From: an uncultured Lachnospiraceae bacterium
Lineage (GTDB): Bacteria; Bacillota; Clostridia; Lachnospirales; Lachnospiraceae
Reading direction: 5' to 3'
Length of the DNA: 64,000 nucleotides
NCBI GenBank assembly: GCA_900315505.1
Contig: OMZG01000006.1
Coordinates: forward strand, 1-64,000
The notes beneath the pieces are model-generated. The model was not told where the DNA came from and did no database searches. It saw only the letters and a program-made list of their open reading frames with translations. This document shows positions 58,090-64,000 of this stretch, one piece after another. A program made the translations under genes and the position numbers. Positions within the stretch are counted from its first letter, which is position 1. The number at the start of each line of letters is the position of its first letter.

Positions 58090-59389
58090 TTATCTTTGTA
58101 TATTTTCTTTCAAGCTCTCCCTTGTTTTTCAGGTATGTGAGCGAGCTGTCAGGCGAAGTGTCTCCCCTGAAATGCATGAGTGTTCCGATATCGGTAATGC
58201 CTGAAAGAACGAGCTGTACCGTGAACCAGTGTCTGAAAATATGTGGTGATATGTTATGCTCCAGTAGTATTTTCCCATATGTGACAAGTTCAGGATCATC
58301 ACTGGATAGATAGAGCGGTATCATTTCGTCTTTTATGATGTCCTGAAAACGCTGATAATATGACTTGTATGTCATCGCCATGTGTCTGCTATTGACTGTG
58401 AACGGGCCATAATCGGTCTCATATGGTATGTTGTTCATGTATTCGATGTAGATATTATATGCCTTTATAAAAGCATCACGGAAGATGTCAGGTATATCCT
58501 GCATACGCTCTTTCTTGATCTTTCCGACAGGGACGGCATCGCTCCTGAGATTGTATTCATGATTGAGATCGATACGGATCTTTGTGACTGTCAAACACTT
58601 GGTATAGCCGGTTTCGATACAGTCGATGAGAATTCCTGGTCCTAACGGACTGTCCGTGCGGCGTACATTACAGGCTTCAGACGGACGAAGACCGCAGAAT
58701 GCCGAGAGTATCACAAGTCCGAGCATGTCCTTGTGATGCTGGAGGATATGGTCGAAAAGAAGCCTAAAAGCCTTGTCCGGCATATCCCTGAATATGGCAT
58801 GGGTGCTTCCTGTATATTTCACATCAAAGACGGGAACCTGTGTATCTATGACCTTTCCATGCTTGTCACGCTTCTTGACTGTCCTGTACAGATCTTTCAC
58901 CCTGATGCTGCACCTGGTCTTTCTGTCTTCTATCAGGAGCTGTAGAAAGTCCAGAACAGATGATACGGCTCTCTCGACAGTGGCTTTGGCGCGGGATGTA
59001 TCATCGTCGTCATCAGGAAGAGTGCAGGTGCCGTAAGCATTGAGATAATCTTTTACGATATCGACTGTGAGCTTGTCAAGAGACCTGATCCCGCGTTCAA
59101 AAAATGCATAGTTAAGTAAAGGTGTGACAAATGCAAATCTGCTGTTGCCATCATCCTGTATGCTGCGTACTTTTGAATGGGTTGATCTCACATATTTGTG
59201 AAAATCTGTGAATCTGATGGTTCCGTCACTGTATTCGAGGACTATGAACTGTCGCGGTATTATAAGGTTATCCGATGTAACGTAATGGTGTTTATAAACC
59301 TTGAACCTTACCGGTACAGGCGTATCAGATATGGATATGCTGCCAGTTGTATCCATAAGCGTCTCCTCTCCGGGAGGCGGATGTATCAT
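58025..59389 (-). CDS. Tyrosine recombinase/integrase, first of trio
   Basis: GLRPSEACNV (box I Arg), HIFRHWF (HxxRH) and LTYL (Tyr). RBS AAAGGA. Confidence 0.7.
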   Translation of the reverse strand: MIHPPPGEETLMDTTGSISISDTPVPVRFKVYKHHYVTSDNLIIPRQFIVLEYSDGTIRFTDFHKYVRSTHSKVRSIQDDGNSRFAFVTPLLNYAFFERGIRSLDKLTVDIVKDYLNAYGTCTLPDDDDDTSRAKATVERAVSSVLDFLQLLIEDRKTRCSIRVKDLYRTVKKRDKHGKVIDTQVPVFDVKYTGSTHAIFRDMPDKAFRLLFDHILQHHKDMLGLVILSAFCGLRPSEACNVRRTDSPLGPGILIDCIETGYTKCLTVTKIRIDLNHEYNLRSDAVPVGKIKKERMQDIPDIFRDAFIKAYNIYIEYMNNIPYETDYGPFTVNSRHMAMTYKSYYQRFQDIIKDEMIPLYLSSDDPELVTYGKILLEHNISPHIFRHWFTVQLVLSGITDIGTLMHFRGDTSPDSSLTYLKNKGELERKYTKINDELFDYHMWAAERGHGDGKP

Positions 59390-59512
59390 CGGCAGTCCTT
59401 TGATTTAAATGATTTATGATAAATAATCCCTTGACTTATAGCAGCCAAAGTGTTATATTTACCTTAATTGAAAAGAACTTGATGATATGGGCGCCGACCC
59501 GTGTCATACTTA

Positions 59513-59557
59513 AAGCATCAGTTACCGCCAAGTAAAGCTGGTGCTTTTTTGTTGCTT
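59513..59557 (+). terminator. Possible stem-loop terminator
   Basis: AGCATCAG..CTGGTGCT followed by T6. Confidence 0.3.
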
Positions 59558-59693
59558 GTATCTCACATTATACATCTTACTTCTGAAGTTTTCAAGGTCA
59601 TTCGACAATAATATTATCTCATTTTTATCTATTGTTATTGTTTTTTATATAATATATGCTATAATGTATAGACATAGGAGGAATACCACGCTT

Positions 59694-62600
59694 ATGGCAA
59701 GGACATTCAACGAAGATACACGGGTGAAGATACCGGCAACACTCCAGTTCCTGCGGATTGGATACAACTATCAGTCAATGCAGGATTCTGATATAGATTT
59801 CGAGACAAAGATATTTGTGAACAGGTTCAGACCGGCTGTAGAAAAGATCAACGGCAGGTCATTCTCTGATGAAGAAATTGAGTTTCTGCTTACGGAAATC
59901 CGCACTCTCATAAAGAGCAATGACATGGGTCATGCCTTTTATAACAGGCTCATCAGCACCACTGATGATGTAAAGCTAGTAGACTGGGATGATATTCAGA
60001 AGAATGACTTCGCTGTCGTTGATGAGCTTCCATTTACCGTAGAAAAAGGCACAGAAGAAGGCTCTTTCAGACCTGATATCAACATACTGATCAATGGGAT
60101 GCCGTTGGCCTTTCTTGAAGTCAAAAAGCCTAATAATGAAGGCACCATTCAGGCAGAGTTTGACCGTATGCTCAACAGAAGGCTTTCAAATAATGCTTAT
60201 CGAAAGTTCTTCAATCTCATACAGTTCGTATCCTTTTCCAATAATATGGAGTATGAGAACAGTGATGCAGATGCCGTAGAGCTTGTAAAGGCAGGTTCTT
60301 TCTATACGACCCCGAACGGCCAGCAGACCAGCTTCTCTTTCTTCCGTGAGGACGAAAAAGGATATATAGAGGGGTATCAATATACATCATTAAGTGATGA
60401 CCTATGCAGGAAGGTAATAAAGGATCTCGGTTATAACCCGGCTGTATTTGACACAGATGAATTTCAGACTGCAAATGTTACAGATTCTCCATGTAACCGC
60501 TTCATCACATCAATGTATGATAAGGAGCGGTTCCTTTTCATACTGAAATACGGGATACTATATATAAAAGGCAGGATACCGGAAAAGCATATCATGAGGT
60601 ATCCACAATTCTTTGCTACCAGAGCCATTATAAAAAGACTTGAAAGCGGCGGTAAGCGTGGTATCATATGGCATACACAGGGTTCGGGAAAGACGGAGCT
60701 TGCCTGCTATGCAAACAGGATAATACGGGATTACTATGCAAAGAAGAATGTCGTAACACGTTTCTTCTTTGTGGTAGACCGCCTTGAACTGCTAAGACAA
60801 GACAACAGTGAATTTTCATCAAGGCATTTTTCTGTCACTAACTGCACCAAGAAGTCCGGTTCGGGCGGCTTTGACGAAGAGCTTGCCCGCACGATGCCTG
60901 TCATAAAGTCCGACGACATTGGTGAATTCGTTGTCGTGAACATCCAGAAGTTTGAAGATGCCATTCCTAAAGCCAGAAACGAGTATGATACCAATGTGCA
61001 GAGGATATTCTTCATAGACGAGGCACACCGTTCATACAAGATGAACGGGCAGTATTTCAAGAACCTTATTCTCTGTGACAGAAACGCTGTATTCATCGCC
61101 CTTACGGGGACACCGCTGCTGACAAAGAAAGAGCGCAGCAATCTGAAGTTCGGTGACTACATACATAAGTATTTTTATGACAAGAGCATCGCTGACGGCT
61201 ATACACTCCGAATCAAGAAGGAAAAGATCAAGTCAGTAGTAAAGAAGGATATCAAGGAAGATCTCGAGCTGCAGTCAGATGAAATAGACTTTGATTCCGC
61301 AACCGTGTACGAATCTGATGCCTTTGTAGGCTCTCTCTGCAAGTATATAGAAAAGGACTTCAAGAATTTCCGTATCACGAATGGCGACCAGTCAATAGGC
61401 GGTATGGTCGTCTGCAAGTCAAATGAACAGGCAAAAAAAATCTGCCAGTGGTTTGTTGAAAACAGCAGACTTTCGGCAGGCCTTGTTATTTCTGACAGCG
61501 ATCCGAAGCAGGATGAGATAAACAAGAACAACCAGCTTGACTTTAAAAACGAGGGTCATCCTGATCTGCTCATAGTCCATTATATGCTTACGACAGGATA
61601 TGATGTAAAGCGCCTGAAGAAAATGTACCTGCTTCGTGGGCCGCATGCTCAGAACCTGCTCCAGACCATAAGCCGTGTCAACAGGCCGTACAAAGCTCCG
61701 AACGGAAAGATATACAAGTTCGGTTATATCACCGATTTTGTGGATATAGACAAAGAGTATGACCGTACTGTTGATGACTACCTCAAAGAACTCGAGAAGG
61801 ATATAAATAACGAGGATGACGATGAGGAAGGACACAACAGCCTTAGCGGACTTCTGGTAGACGTTGACAACATAAGTAGGACATATGAACAGGCGAAGTC
61901 TGAGTTTGAAAAGATAGCTCCGTCTGAAGATCTTGAACAGTTCAGCAGTAATCTTACAATGTTCAACAAAGACACTCTCCACCGCATTAAACGGCTTCTG
62001 AACACTATGCAGGACTGTTATGTGGAGTTCCTTCTGTCTCAGGCAGACGAGCTTGCAGATAAGGTTGATATCGATTTGATAAAGAGAAAAATCCGGTCTG
62101 TACAGGAACGTATAGATTTTGTAAATCTTAAGGAACAACCTGTGGAGATGATGGATATCATTTCTGACAAGGAAATTGTAGAGATATTCTATGAGTTTCT
62201 GAAGACATCTGTCGATATTATAGACCTGTCAAAGTACACCGATGGAGATGAAAGCGGCTCATATAAGAAATTTACTGAGACGATGAAAAAAGTACAGTCT
62301 GAGATAAAGAAGAACCGCAACAAGGATGACATAAGGATAATACATCTAAATGAACTTCTGAAGCAGCTATTCAACAATCTTGATATAACAGACGTGTCTG
62401 ATCTCGATAGCCTTTCTGAGAAGATGAAGAAGATTCTCGAAGAAGCAGAAGCTATAAACCGAGAGAATGACCGGCTGGCTGCTATATATGACGATAATTT
62501 TGCTATGGTCAAGAGTTATCAGGATGCTGTAGCCAAACGTCCGGACCTTGATAATAAGGACATCGAGCAGATGATGCTTGCTATTTATGCTGAGATCAAA

Positions 62601-62777
62601 GATGTCATAGGCATTGATACCCTAGCCATCCAGGGACGGGAAGGTTTTATAGATGAGACAAAGAAGAAAGTAATAAAGAAGCTCCTGAAGTCCGGTTTGT
62701 ACCAGAAACTGCAGCTTAAAGACTGGATAGATCCGCTTCTTTCTGAGATGTATACAAACTTACAGAACTTTAATTAA
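59694..62777 (+). CDS. hsdR: Type I restriction enzyme R subunit
   Basis: HSDR_N PD-(D/E)XK (FLEVKKP), helicase Walker A (QGSGKTE) and DEAH (FFIDEAHRS). RBS AGGAGGA precedes the ATG at 59694. Confidence 0.9.
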   Translation: MARTFNEDTRVKIPATLQFLRIGYNYQSMQDSDIDFETKIFVNRFRPAVEKINGRSFSDEEIEFLLTEIRTLIKSNDMGHAFYNRLISTTDDVKLVDWDDIQKNDFAVVDELPFTVEKGTEEGSFRPDINILINGMPLAFLEVKKPNNEGTIQAEFDRMLNRRLSNNAYRKFFNLIQFVSFSNNMEYENSDADAVELVKAGSFYTTPNGQQTSFSFFREDEKGYIEGYQYTSLSDDLCRKVIKDLGYNPAVFDTDEFQTANVTDSPCNRFITSMYDKERFLFILKYGILYIKGRIPEKHIMRYPQFFATRAIIKRLESGGKRGIIWHTQGSGKTELACYANRIIRDYYAKKNVVTRFFFVVDRLELLRQDNSEFSSRHFSVTNCTKKSGSGGFDEELARTMPVIKSDDIGEFVVVNIQKFEDAIPKARNEYDTNVQRIFFIDEAHRSYKMNGQYFKNLILCDRNAVFIALTGTPLLTKKERSNLKFGDYIHKYFYDKSIADGYTLRIKKEKIKSVVKKDIKEDLELQSDEIDFDSATVYESDAFVGSLCKYIEKDFKNFRITNGDQSIGGMVVCKSNEQAKKICQWFVENSRLSAGLVISDSDPKQDEINKNNQLDFKNEGHPDLLIVHYMLTTGYDVKRLKKMYLLRGPHAQNLLQTISRVNRPYKAPNGKIYKFGYITDFVDIDKEYDRTVDDYLKELEKDINNEDDDEEGHNSLSGLLVDVDNISRTYEQAKSEFEKIAPSEDLEQFSSNLTMFNKDTLHRIKRLLNTMQDCYVEFLLSQADELADKVDIDLIKRKIRSVQERIDFVNLKEQPVEMMDIISDKEIVEIFYEFLKTSVDIIDLSKYTDGDESGSYKKFTETMKKVQSEIKKNRNKDDIRIIHLNELLKQLFNNLDITDVSDLDSLSEKMKKILEEAEAINRENDRLAAIYDDNFAMVKSYQDAVAKRPDLDNKDIEQMMLAIYAEIKDVIGIDTLAIQGREGFIDETKKKVIKKLLKSGLYQKLQLKDWIDPLLSEMYTNLQNFN

Positions 62778-62788
62778 GGAAACAAAAC

Positions 62789-63010
62789 ATGAGAAGGGTT
62801 ATATGCTATGGGCCTTTAGGAGAAACAACTATTTATAATAGCATTGCAGAGGCAGCAAGAAAACTCAATGCATCAGCATCCAGTATAGAGGAAAGTTGTC
62901 GTAGACCAAAATACAGTTACAATGTATATGGCGACTCATGGTCTGATACTCTTAACGAAATGAGTCGATATGCATACAATTTCCAGTATTACGATGGTAA
63001 AGGAGAATGA
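62789..63010 (+). CDS. Small hypothetical protein, possibly a DNA-binding HTH protein
   Basis: 73 aa. The ..SIAEAARKL..S.SSI pattern resembles NUMOD/HTH modules. Confidence 0.35.
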   Translation: MRRVICYGPLGETTIYNSIAEAARKLNASASSIEESCRRPKYSYNVYGDSWSDTLNEMSRYAYNFQYYDGKGE

Positions 63011-63011
63011 A

Positions 63012-64000
63012 AATGCCAGATTATTATGATCTTGAAACAAAGATTGAGCAAATGATAGATGAGCTTCAGGGACTGTGCAGTACAAACGGACTATCAAATA
63101 CTGCTTCTGAGGAAGTCGTAGTTACCTCAGTATTCCTTTATAAATTCCTTAATGACAAGTTCATGTACAATCTGCGGAAGTTTGCCGAAGAGATGGAAGT
63201 TGGTCCTGAGGAAGTGCTTGCCAACAAGAACAGCTATCTGGACGGTTTCTATGATGCATACCCACAGGATGTAGCTTTCAGAAAAGAAGATACCATAGAA
63301 GAACTTTCAAACCAGTCGCTTAAGCCTGGATTTGGAAAGATATTCGACGATACCCTTGAAAGGATATCAAACTATCCATCGAATGAGAAATTCAAGGTAG
63401 AGACAGATGAAGGTACAAAGGAGCCTCTGTTTACACGTATCACCGAGACGGTTGAAAAGGGTAAGCGTGATGCCTTCGCACAGAACATTTTCTCAATAAT
63501 TACCAGGGACAAGTTCGACTTCTCACCTGCATACTCTACGAATTTCGACTTCTATTCTAGCATTTTTGAGCACTTGATAAAGAACTACAATGTGGCAAGC
63601 GGCACTTATGCCGAGTATTTTACGCCACAGGCGGTTTCTTCCATTATCAGCAAGTGTCTGGTACATATATCTGACATCGATGACAATAAGCTGTATGACA
63701 TATACGATGCAGCGGCAGGCAGTGGTTCCCTTGTTCTGCACCTGGCTAACGAGCTAGGAAAAGGCAAGTTCGGAAACAAGGCAAGAATATATACCCAGGA
63801 TATATCACAGAAGTCATCACGATTCCTTCGTATAAACATGATGCTGAATGGGCTTACAGAGTCTCTTGGCAATATTGTCCGCGGTGACACTCTGCTCACT
63901 CCAGCTCAGTATAATGTAAAAGGTGACCCTGCGTCAGGATACAGAAAGTTCGACTTCGCAACAATAAATCCGCCTTTCAAAATGGATTTCTCATCATCAC
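63012..64000 (+). CDS. hsdM: Type I restriction-modification N6-adenine methyltransferase M subunit, partial (runs off window)
   Basis: AEYFTPQAV, DAAAGSGSL (motif I) and NPPF (motif IV). No stop before 64000. Confidence 0.85.

Larger units (their letters stand above)
50515..59520 (-). mobile_element. Putative integrative element with recombinase trio and cargo, inserted downstream of nrdD
   Basis: Five tightly packed co-directional genes. Repeats at one boundary. No nrdG. Confidence 0.45.

Noticed and set aside
59541-59693. Upstream extension of hsdR offered by the ORF track
   Set aside because: The extension crosses a terminator-like hairpin and a promoter. A strong AGGAGGA RBS precedes the ATG at 59694, where the canonical HsdR N-terminus begins.

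Overview
This is a 64-kb chromosomal window from a low-GC Firmicute, probably a Lachnospiraceae-like Clostridia, in two parts. About 50 kb is conserved core and about 14 kb at the right end is accessory.

Core genes that can be named with confidence:
- Biosynthesis and salvage: bioY, folC, thiS (fragment)-thiG-thiH, thiE-like, glgP, eno, uppP.
- Translation, tRNA modification and stress: ileS, glyQS, a six-gene tRNA operon on the minus strand (Pro-Gly-Arg-His-Gln-Lys), rdgB-yfcE, clpX, a csp gene, era-recO.
- Envelope and other: an MscS channel, an M16 peptidase, a DegV protein, nrdD preceded by NrdR boxes.

Less standard core content:
- A YdjI/YdjG/YdjH-like membrane-stress trio (SPFH protein, zinc-ribbon membrane protein, TPM protein) followed by an 812-aa adenosine-deaminase-like protein fused to a LOG-like nucleotide-nucleosidase domain.
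- A cytidylyltransferase fused to a Gfo/Idh/MocA oxidoreductase.
- A response regulator with MshEN-like N-terminal repeats sharing an operon with a VWA membrane protein.
- A NifU-like protein paired with a GGGtGRT-motif protein.
- An AAA-ATPase-like protein with a PD-(D/E)XK domain.

The accessory block lies right after nrdD, where nrdG would normally be, and runs to the window end. Its minus-strand operon has three tandem tyrosine-recombinase genes, a coiled-coil acidic protein and a 981-aa protein made of about 13 tandem four-cysteine zinc-ribbon modules. The operon is flanked by direct repeats and a palindrome. Next to it is a type I restriction-modification locus in the order hsdR, a small ORF, then hsdM, which runs off the window.

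The non-coding DNA is unusual. Five intergenic or leader loci are built from short tandem repeats arranged as strand-asymmetric imperfect hairpins. Two of these carry G-quadruplex or telomere-like runs. A roughly 30-nt palindromic terminator module occurs three times. Two related long inverted-repeat elements are present, and one abuts a truncated thiS where no TPP riboswitch can be found.
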